41,753 bases of DNA from an uncultured euryarchaeote (lineage in GTDB: Archaea > Thermoplasmatota > Poseidoniia > Poseidoniales > Poseidoniaceae), in NCBI GenBank assembly GCA_937899865.1, contig CALBRH010000022.1:1-41753 (forward strand), in the 5' to 3' direction. The notes beneath the pieces were generated by a model that ran no database searches, was not told where the DNA came from, and was given only the letters and a program-made list of their open reading frames with translations. The position numbers and the translations under genes were made by a program. This document shows positions 34,914 to 41,753 of the stretch, piece after piece (position 1 is the first letter of the stretch; each line of letters starts with the position of its first letter).

Positions 34914-36203
34914 TCACTGACGTTGAACAATCCTAATGCTTGGTTCTTTATTTCCAGAACAATTAGACTCTTCATAATCAAAAAGAAGACCCATTCTTCT
35001 CGAAATTTCAATATGTGCTCTTGACCATTGCCAAACACATTCAGAGTCTCTATCCTTTCCAAAAATATTGATTGCTTCCAATTCATCTTCCCACCCTAAA
35101 TCAGACCAATGCTTCCCGGTAATTCTTGTCCAGTAATGCTCCTTTTCCAATAATTGCCTACTTAGATATTTGAAGTTATATTTGTTAAAAATTTTAACTA
35201 ACTTGGCACGTGGTATTGATCTTGGGCATATCATCAAAACTCTTTCATTTGAATGCCAAAAGCCACACGAACCCAATTTCTCATCCTGAATAATCAATTT
35301 TGCTTTATCTACAGTAGATTGTAAATCACCCCAACTCTTTGGTAGCCAACAAATCAAAGCTGAGCGGTCTTTAGTGCCAGGTAAGTGATTACTGACTTCT
35401 AAACAAGTATTGTTTTGAGAACTCAATTTAGGTTTATTGTTGGGTTTACTTTTTTTCTTTTTGCTTTTTGCACTTTTTGGTATTTCAATTGCTAATGGGT
35501 GCTTAGGTATTGAAGAAATAAAATCTTTAATTGGAAGATTTAAAATTTCATAATCGATCTTGTGGCAGTACCAACCAGTTTTACTATTTATTGTTCCAGG
35601 CAAGCGTATAATCCTTCTAGTATCTGCAGTAACTCGAGTGTCAATGTCAAAACCATTTGCTAAAATGTCTTGAACAAGTTGTGCCCTATTATTTTTTACA
35701 GCCTTTTCTCGGTCAAGTAAATTTTCGATAGAGAATAATTGTCTATCTTTGTCTCGATAGATTAAATGAAAACCTTTGTTACCTGAAAATGATATATTAA
35801 TTAAATCAAAATTATAATTTTCATCAACCCATTGATAAAGTTCAAGAGCTATTTTTTTTGCCTTTTCAATATTTTTCTGACTAAAAGGTTCGACATCGAT
35901 ATCGAATACAATTAGATTATCCAACATAACAGGCCTAGGTTTTTCGCTGTCATTTTTTCTTGGCAAATCAATAGGGTTCAGCCAGGCAGATGTTGAAAAA
36001 TAAATATCGGTAGGATTGTCACTTTTTATTGCTTTAACAAATGTTTCATGATCTCTAATTCTACGTTTCGAGGTATTCCATGAACCATCTAAACACCTCC
36101 ACCTAAATTGGTGTTGACTTGGTTTGTCAATCCAAGAAAAATCGATAACATTTTTTGAATAATAATCTATTAGAGAATTTTCATCAAATTCTCTAATTTT
36201 CAT
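34914..36203 (-). CDS. Archaeo-eukaryotic primase (PriS-like) with Lys-rich linker and uncharacterised C-terminal domain
   Basis: IYFSTSAWLNP, LIVFDIDV (DxD), SFSGNKGFHLIY, DTRVTADTRRIIRLPGTINSKTG. Confidence 0.85.
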   Translation of the reverse strand: MKIREFDENSLIDYYSKNVIDFSWIDKPSQHQFRWRCLDGSWNTSKRRIRDHETFVKAIKSDNPTDIYFSTSAWLNPIDLPRKNDSEKPRPVMLDNLIVFDIDVEPFSQKNIEKAKKIALELYQWVDENYNFDLINISFSGNKGFHLIYRDKDRQLFSIENLLDREKAVKNNRAQLVQDILANGFDIDTRVTADTRRIIRLPGTINSKTGWYCHKIDYEILNLPIKDFISSIPKHPLAIEIPKSAKSKKKKSKPNNKPKLSSQNNTCLEVSNHLPGTKDRSALICWLPKSWGDLQSTVDKAKLIIQDEKLGSCGFWHSNERVLMICPRSIPRAKLVKIFNKYNFKYLSRQLLEKEHYWTRITGKHWSDLGWEDELEAINIFGKDRDSECVWQWSRAHIEISRRMGLLFDYEESNCSGNKEPSIRIVQRQ

Positions 36204-36204
36204 A

Positions 36205-37128
36205 TTATCTTAATCCTGCTTTCTTTAATGAATCTAATAGAACACTTCCAAGTTCTGAAGGGTCTTTTGCACAAGCGATTCCTGCCGCTTCAAAAGCCGC
36301 GAATTTCTCTTCAGCAGTACCTTTGCCGCCAGAAATAATTGCTCCTGCATGACCCATTCTTTTACCAGGAGGTGCAGTTGCTCCAGCGACGAATCCAACA
36401 ATTGGTTTGGTTACATTTTCTGCTGCCCATGCTGCTGCATCTTCTTCTGCAGTGCCACCAATTTCACCGATCATTACGATTGCTTCAGTCTGTGTATCTG
36501 ACTCAAATGCCGCTAAACATTCGATGAATCCTGTTCCATTTACTGGATCTCCGCCAATTCCAATACAAGTCGATTGACCTTCACCAATACTCATGGTTTG
36601 TGCAACTGCTTCGTATGTTAGAGTTCCAGATTTAGAAACGATTCCAATTCTACCTTTAGCATGAATATGACCTGGCATAATCCCAATCTTGGCTCCTCCA
36701 TTTTCTCCAGGAGTAATAATTCCAGGACAATTAGGACCTATCAATCGAATACCAGGACGGTTGTAAACATAGGCTACTGCTTTGACCATATCAAGTGTGG
36801 GGATTCCTTCAGTAATACAAACAATTACTCCCTCACCTTTTACCGAATCAAAAGCGTCAGCAGCTTCCATAATCGCTTCAGCCGCGAAAGGTGGAGGGAC
36901 ATAAATTACCGTAGCATCTGCATTAGTTGTAGTAATTGCTTCAGTCATTGAATTCCAAACGGGATATTGCTTACCTTGCAGTTCTACAGTTTGACCACCT
37001 TTGCCAGGTGTACAGCCGCCAACAATGTTGGTGCCATATTCTACCATTTTATCAGCATGGAACATTCCTTGCTTACCAGTTATACCTTGAACCAATACTT
37101 TTGCATCTTCTTCAATCCATATGGCCAA
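36205..37128 (-). CDS. sucD: Succinyl-CoA synthetase alpha subunit
   Basis: [46 protein letters not shown] (phospho-His). TTG start 37128 after GGAGGT. Confidence 0.97.
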   Translation of the reverse strand: MAIWIEEDAKVLVQGITGKQGMFHADKMVEYGTNIVGGCTPGKGGQTVELQGKQYPVWNSMTEAITTTNADATVIYVPPPFAAEAIMEAADAFDSVKGEGVIVCITEGIPTLDMVKAVAYVYNRPGIRLIGPNCPGIITPGENGGAKIGIMPGHIHAKGRIGIVSKSGTLTYEAVAQTMSIGEGQSTCIGIGGDPVNGTGFIECLAAFESDTQTEAIVMIGEIGGTAEEDAAAWAAENVTKPIVGFVAGATAPPGKRMGHAGAIISGGKGTAEEKFAAFEAAGIACAKDPSELGSVLLDSLKKAGLR

Positions 37129-37129
37129 T

Positions 37130-38338
37130 TCAAACACCTCCTCCAATTAGTGCCACAATTTTTTGTGCACCTTCAGCTAGATCATCTGCAGGATGGATAT
37201 TCAATGTTGACTCAGCCAAAATCGCTTTACCTTCATCGACATTTGTTCCTGCTAATCTAACTACCAAAGGAACATCTAAGGAAAGCGCTTCAGTTGCTGC
37301 GATAACTCCTCTAGCAATAATATCACAACGCATAATTCCGCCGAAAATATTGACAAGAATACCTTTTACATTGGGGTCTTCTAAAATTATTGAGAAAGCT
37401 GTCTTTACCTGTTCCTCATTAGCACCCCCTCCAACATCTAAGAAGTTTGCAGGCTCACCGCCATACAATTTGATTACATCCATTGTTGCCATAGCCAGTC
37501 CAGCACCATTTACCAAACAACCAATATTGCCATCGAGTTTAACATATGATAGCCCAGATTCTTTAGCCCTAATTTCTACTTCTTCTTCTTCACTCAAATC
37601 ACGCATATCGTCCCAATCTTTGTGTCTAAATTCTGCGTTCTCGTCAAAAGAAACCTTCGAATCAAGAGCGACTATTTCATCATCTCCAGTTTTTACTAAA
37701 GGGTTAATTTCGACCATTGTACAATCATTAGATACGAACATAGTGTACATTTTTGCCAACATTTTCATGAATGATTTTAGCGCTTTACCACTTAGTCCAA
37801 GAGCCATGCCCAAATCTCTATTCTGAAAACCCATAAGACCAGAGTTAGGATCTATAGAAATTTTATGAATCAACTCTGGAGTGTTGTGGGCAACTTCTTC
37901 AATATCCATTCCACCTTCAGTTGAAGCCATAATCATAACAGATTTGTTTTCTCTATCAACCAGCAAAGCAAGATAATATTCGTGAGCAATATCACATCCA
38001 GATTCAATGTATAGATTTCGAACTAACTTGCCTTCCTCACCTGTTTGAATGGTTACCAATATATTGCCAAGAATATTTTCAGCATATGTCTTGACTTCAT
38101 CTCTTGAAAATGCTATTTTGACTCCACCTTCCATAACTAGTTCCCCACTATTTGGGGAGTAGAGACTACCTTTGCCTCTGCCACCTGCGTGAATTTGAGA
38201 TTTTACTGCGACAACTTTAGAATTTAATTTATCATAAGCTGCTAATGCATCATCTACAGTTTTGCAGTGCACACCATCTAGTACTGGAACGCCACTTGCT
38301 CTGAGTAATTCTTTGCCTTGATATTCGTGGATATTCAT
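37130..38338 (-). CDS. sucC: Succinyl-CoA synthetase beta subunit
   Basis: [67 protein letters not shown]. Start ATG 38338. Confidence 0.97.
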   Translation of the reverse strand: MNIHEYQGKELLRASGVPVLDGVHCKTVDDALAAYDKLNSKVVAVKSQIHAGGRGKGSLYSPNSGELVMEGGVKIAFSRDEVKTYAENILGNILVTIQTGEEGKLVRNLYIESGCDIAHEYYLALLVDRENKSVMIMASTEGGMDIEEVAHNTPELIHKISIDPNSGLMGFQNRDLGMALGLSGKALKSFMKMLAKMYTMFVSNDCTMVEINPLVKTGDDEIVALDSKVSFDENAEFRHKDWDDMRDLSEEEEVEIRAKESGLSYVKLDGNIGCLVNGAGLAMATMDVIKLYGGEPANFLDVGGGANEEQVKTAFSIILEDPNVKGILVNIFGGIMRCDIIARGVIAATEALSLDVPLVVRLAGTNVDEGKAILAESTLNIHPADDLAEGAQKIVALIGGGV

Positions 38339-38387
38339 AACCTTCTCCAAACCTTTCCAAATAAAGGCCGTCTTTGAATACTTTGAT

Positions 38388-38400
38388 TGAACCTTAAATT
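38388..38400 (+). promoter_or_regulatory. Putative BRE/TATA promoter element TGAACCTTAAATT
   Basis: 28 nt upstream of ATG 38429; identical to 14898-14910. Confidence 0.5.
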
Positions 38401-38428
38401 CTAAACACCGGCAAACATAGCCTAATTT

Positions 38429-39103
38429 ATGGCTGAGGACGTCATTTGGTTTGGTATTCTTGGTCTTTGGGCAATTGTAGTTGTCTTTGCTATCAAACCT
38501 TTTTATCATTATTTGAGAAAGCAAGGATCAGAACATATGGTTGCAGTATATTACAACCGAAAAGTAGCTCATATGCTTGCTGGAGGTGTACCAATTATCG
38601 CTTCACCAATTGTTTTTGATAATCCAATTTGGGTATTAATTGGTGGAGTTCTTGGTAGCATAGGACTTGCTGCAACCCATGTAACGGATAGAAGATTATG
38701 GTGGATGCAAACTGAGCAGAACATGAATGATGCAACATTTGCTTTGATGCTTGGAATTTCAGTATACGTTATTTGGGAATATAGTAATCAGCCTTGGTTA
38801 GCAATTCTTCCATCATTGTTTATGGCATTTGGTGACGGCGTTACAGGAATTATTCGTAACAAGATGTTCAAGAGGCGGACAAAAAGTGCATGGGGTAATG
38901 TAGGTATGGCGGCATTATGTCTTCCTTTGGGGTACTTTATCGGTGCGATGGCTGAACCTCAAATACCACTATGGGGTTTGATATCAGGTTTAGTCGCATC
39001 TTTTGTCGAGAGATATGAATTCGGACCCATAGATGACAACGTTTTGATTGTGATTTTTTCCAGCATAGTCTTGTTTATTGGACTAAATGTTGGTCCAATA
39101 TAG
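38429..39103 (+). CDS. Dolichol/phytol (polyprenol) kinase-like membrane protein
   Basis: [21 protein letters not shown] and C-terminal DDN, matching the CTP-dependent isoprenoid alcohol kinase pattern. Confidence 0.75.
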   Translation: MAEDVIWFGILGLWAIVVVFAIKPFYHYLRKQGSEHMVAVYYNRKVAHMLAGGVPIIASPIVFDNPIWVLIGGVLGSIGLAATHVTDRRLWWMQTEQNMNDATFALMLGISVYVIWEYSNQPWLAILPSLFMAFGDGVTGIIRNKMFKRRTKSAWGNVGMAALCLPLGYFIGAMAEPQIPLWGLISGLVASFVERYEFGPIDDNVLIVIFSSIVLFIGLNVGPI

Positions 39104-39142
39104 AATACAAGATTCTTTAATCAAGAACCTTGACACATAATC

Positions 39143-39685
39143 ATGACACTCAATATTGGAGATAAGGCAATTGAATATTCTTTGAAAAATGCAAATGAAG
39201 AAATCGGTGGACAGTCACTCACTCTAGAACAATCTGTGAAGAAAAATGGTCTAGTATTAGTCTTTGAATGCAACCATTGTCCATATGTGGTTGCAAGCGT
39301 AGAAAGAATGAACAGGATGTCAGAATACTGTAAATCCAATCAGATTGGGTTTGTTGGAATAAACTCAAATGATGCCTCAGTATACGCAAATGATTCATTC
39401 GAACATATGGTAAAAAGAGCTGGAAATGGAATGCCATATCCATATTTGTATGATGAATCACAAGAAATAGCTCATGCATATGGAGCCAAAAGGACTCCAG
39501 AATTTTTCTTATTCGATAGCGATAATACACTTGTTTATCGCGGCAGAATGGATGATTCGCCAAGAGATCCAAATCAAGTATCAACTAGCGAGTTAAACGA
39601 CGCAATAGTTGCCATGCTAGATGGCCGGTCACCAGATATCTTAGAAACAGAATCAATTGGATGCTCGGTTAAGTGGAAGGCTTGA
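39143..39685 (+). CDS. Thioredoxin-fold (AhpC/TSA-like) redoxin
   Basis: FECNHCPYV (CxxC), GINSND, YLYDESQEIAHAYGAKRTPEFF, YRGRMDD, SIGCSVKW. Confidence 0.9.
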   Translation: MTLNIGDKAIEYSLKNANEEIGGQSLTLEQSVKKNGLVLVFECNHCPYVVASVERMNRMSEYCKSNQIGFVGINSNDASVYANDSFEHMVKRAGNGMPYPYLYDESQEIAHAYGAKRTPEFFLFDSDNTLVYRGRMDDSPRDPNQVSTSELNDAIVAMLDGRSPDILETESIGCSVKWKA

Positions 39686-39689
39686 TTTT

Positions 39690-39812
39690 ATGAGTTGTAA
39701 GAGGCAATGTGATTGGGATGACAATCAGGTTTGCCGAAGTTGTGGCATAGACTACTCAGTTCCTGAACCGGATGAAAAGAATGACTCAAAGACTGATAAA
39801 TCAACGGATTGA
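39690..39812 (+). CDS. 40-aa Cys4 microprotein, DUF1289-like (absent from ORF track)
   Basis: Hand translation MSCKRQCDWDDNQVCRSCGIDYSVPEPDEKNDSKTDKSTD; starts 4 nt after the redoxin stop and fills the gap to the next gene. Confidence 0.65.
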   Translation: MSCKRQCDWDDNQVCRSCGIDYSVPEPDEKNDSKTDKSTD

Positions 39813-39842
39813 TTCAAAGACTCTACCGCGAACCGCCATCCA

Positions 39843-40841
39843 ATGCAAGTAGTGGTTCTAGCGGGCGGGGTAGGTTCACGACTTAGACCGTGGACTAATT
39901 CAGTACCCAAACCCTTGCTGCCAATGCTGGATAGAACCTTGTTAGAGCAGGTTATCTACACTGTACCATCAGATTTGATTGATGAGGTTGTTGTAGCAGG
40001 TGGTTACAAGGTAGAAATGATCAAGTCTTACTTCGATTCTATAGATTGTGACTTTGATGTAAGAATCGTTAATGAAACAGAACCACTAGGTACCGGAGGA
40101 GCACTTGGTAATTGCCGAGATGTTGTTAGCGGAACATTTGCCTGCTTCAATGGTGATATTATCTCTTCTTTAGATGTCGGACAATTGTTATCACTACACA
40201 AATCAAATGGCGGAATCGGTAGTTTAGGACTTTGGGAAGTCGATGATCCAACACGATTCGGGATTGTTGGGATTGACGATGAAAATAAAATCACCAAATT
40301 CAAAGAAAAGCCGAAGCCTGCAGAGGTGTTCTCAAATTTAATTAACGCAGGATCATACATTTTTGAGGAAGATATTTTTGATTATATGCCAAAGGGTAAA
40401 CATTCACTAGAACGTGATGTGTTTCCTAAGTTGGCTGAAGCAAGACAACTAAATGGAATGCAATTTGATGGCTACTTTATTGATGCTGGAACTAAGGAGT
40501 CTTGGATTAATGCAGTTACTAGGTGTATTGATGAAGCGAGATATACTAATGGTAATGCAGTATCAAATTCTTGGTTCGCAAGCGAGTCAAAATTATCAGC
40601 AAATCAAAGAATCAATCAATCAATGATCGGTAAACAAGTAAAACTGGGTAGTTCAACGGTTTCTGAATCAACTATACTCAGTAATTCAATAATTCACAAT
40701 GATTGTAAGATAATTCGTAGTTTGATAGGTAGAGATTGTGAAATAGGTGATAATTGTATTTTAGACAATGTGATTGTTGCTCACAATTCAATAATACCTA
40801 ATGGTACAAAGTTGAGTAACTGTACATGGCCAATCGAATAA
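39843..40841 (+). CDS. NDP-sugar synthase (mannose-1-phosphate guanylyltransferase-like) with C-terminal hexapeptide repeats
   Basis: LAGGVGSRLRP...PKPLLP, EPLGTGG, FNGDI, INAGSYIF, left-handed beta-helix tail. Confidence 0.9.
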   Translation: MQVVVLAGGVGSRLRPWTNSVPKPLLPMLDRTLLEQVIYTVPSDLIDEVVVAGGYKVEMIKSYFDSIDCDFDVRIVNETEPLGTGGALGNCRDVVSGTFACFNGDIISSLDVGQLLSLHKSNGGIGSLGLWEVDDPTRFGIVGIDDENKITKFKEKPKPAEVFSNLINAGSYIFEEDIFDYMPKGKHSLERDVFPKLAEARQLNGMQFDGYFIDAGTKESWINAVTRCIDEARYTNGNAVSNSWFASESKLSANQRINQSMIGKQVKLGSSTVSESTILSNSIIHNDCKIIRSLIGRDCEIGDNCILDNVIVAHNSIIPNGTKLSNCTWPIE

Positions 40842-40894
40842 TTCGTGATGTTTTTGTGGAAGAACTCAAAAAGCAACTTGGCTTGCCAAATAAC

Positions 40895-41554
40895 ATGAAC
40901 AAGCCACTAATTGTTGTCAATTTCAAAACTTACGAAACCGCAAGTGGAGATTCTGCATTATCTCTTGCCAAAGAAATGGACAAATTTACCGATAGAGAAT
41001 TCCGTATGATTGCAGTTGCTTCTGCTTTTGACTTATCTTCAATTTCTAAGTCTGTGACAAATGTTGAGGTTTGGTCTCAACATCTTGATCCGGTAGGCAA
41101 AGGAAGTCATACCGGATGGCTTGAACCAGACTTAGCGTTGCACCATGGTGCAGTTGGTACAATTATCAACCACGCAGAACACAAGGTTAGCTTAGAGCAT
41201 GTTGAAAAACTCATGTCTATGCTACCAGAAGATTTCCCAATCTGTGCTTGTGCTGCAGATGTTGAGGAGGCAATAGCGCTGGCTAAACTTGGACCGACGT
41301 TTATTGCCGTTGAGCCACCTGAATTAATTGGCGGTGATATTTCAGTAACAACTGCCGATCCAGCAATCGTCTCAGATACCGTTGCAGCAGTCAAGTCGAC
41401 CAATCCTAATGTGCGAGTATTGTGTGGTGCAGGGGTCAAGAATGGTGCAGATGTTAGAATGGCAATTGAGCTTGGTGCTGAAGGAGTATTACTGGCCAGT
41501 GGAGTAACCAAAGCATCTGATGTTAACGCAGTTTTAGATGATCTTACTTTGTAA
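40895..41554 (+). CDS. tpiA: Triosephosphate isomerase (archaeal type)
   Basis: VVNFKTY, SQHLD, IINHAE, AVEPPELIGG, CGAGV, GVLLASGV. Start ATG 40895. Confidence 0.97.
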   Translation: MNKPLIVVNFKTYETASGDSALSLAKEMDKFTDREFRMIAVASAFDLSSISKSVTNVEVWSQHLDPVGKGSHTGWLEPDLALHHGAVGTIINHAEHKVSLEHVEKLMSMLPEDFPICACAADVEEAIALAKLGPTFIAVEPPELIGGDISVTTADPAIVSDTVAAVKSTNPNVRVLCGAGVKNGADVRMAIELGAEGVLLASGVTKASDVNAVLDDLTL

Positions 41555-41684
41555 TAATCAAAGGGTACCGTTCGTATGACCGTCCATACAAAGGGGCCCT
41601 TTGCATTCTATCACAGCAATTATTCTTGGATAGGCGATTTTTAGATATTTATGAAAAAATAAGTAACTAGTAGTTCTTTTCAGA

Positions 41685-41753
41685 TTATGATTCATTCTTT
41701 CTTTCATAGCGATTGTAGAAGAATAGTCTGGCAAGTGAAAGTAGAATTAGTGT
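41685..41753 (-). CDS. Possible 3' end of a membrane protein truncated by the window edge
   Basis: Open frame from the window end: TLILLSLARLFFYNRYERKNES*, a hydrophobic stretch followed by a charged tail. Confidence 0.35.
   Translation of the reverse strand, partial: TLILLSLARLFFYNRYERKNES

Noticed and set aside
34811-35086. 91-aa minus-strand ORF
   Set aside because: Overlaps the AEP gene by 173 nt in another frame, with no SD or motif; probably spurious, although it crosses the candidate RNA.
46-36203. A single DNA-repair supercluster (MutSL, nucleases, helicase, AEP)
   Set aside because: The genes are separated by many unrelated housekeeping operons and lie on different strands; this density is expected by chance in a small genome.
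36936-37826. 296-aa plus-strand ORF
   Set aside because: Antisense to the highly conserved sucC/sucD genes; no recognisable motifs.
575-41511. Remaining short ORFs (60-160 aa) in the track overlapping longer genes
   Set aside because: All are nested in or antisense to well-supported CDSs and lack SD motifs or recognisable domains.

Overview
AT-rich, very gene-dense archaeal chromosomal segment with Shine-Dalgarno motifs (GGAGGT/GGTGA). Gene content and sequence style point to Thermoplasmatota, most likely Marine Group II (Ca. Poseidoniales); this is inferred, not computed. Most of the window is housekeeping: bacterial-type mutS-mutL, rpl10e, ABCE1/RLI, tRNA-Ser(CGA), the conserved rpl44e-rps27e-aIF2alpha-nop10-PAC2 operon, rpl37e, purF, etfBA, tyrS, glutaryl-CoA dehydrogenase, sucCD and tpiA. 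No CRISPR array, integrase, transposase or rRNA was seen. I added three genes missing from the ORF track (rps27e, rpl37e, a 40-aa Cys4 microprotein) and shifted several start codons. The best leads are: (1) two tandem paralogous RecB/Cas4-like Fe-S nucleases, each fused to RPA/SSB-like OB folds, directly behind ABCE1; (2) ABCE1 with a remodelled Fe-S domain; (3) a ThiI-like THUMP protein lacking the PP-loop; (4) two adjacent, distinct head-to-head prenyl synthases; (5) a divergent AEP primase with an unknown C-terminal domain coupled to sucCD; (6) a ~90-nt candidate structured RNA with alternative pairings; (7) a Zn-ribbon/low-complexity Pro-Gly-Arg protein apparently co-transcribed with a large SF2 helicase; (8) a PCNA PIP-box on a bacterial-type MutS. 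All family calls come from motif recognition by eye; no database search was run.
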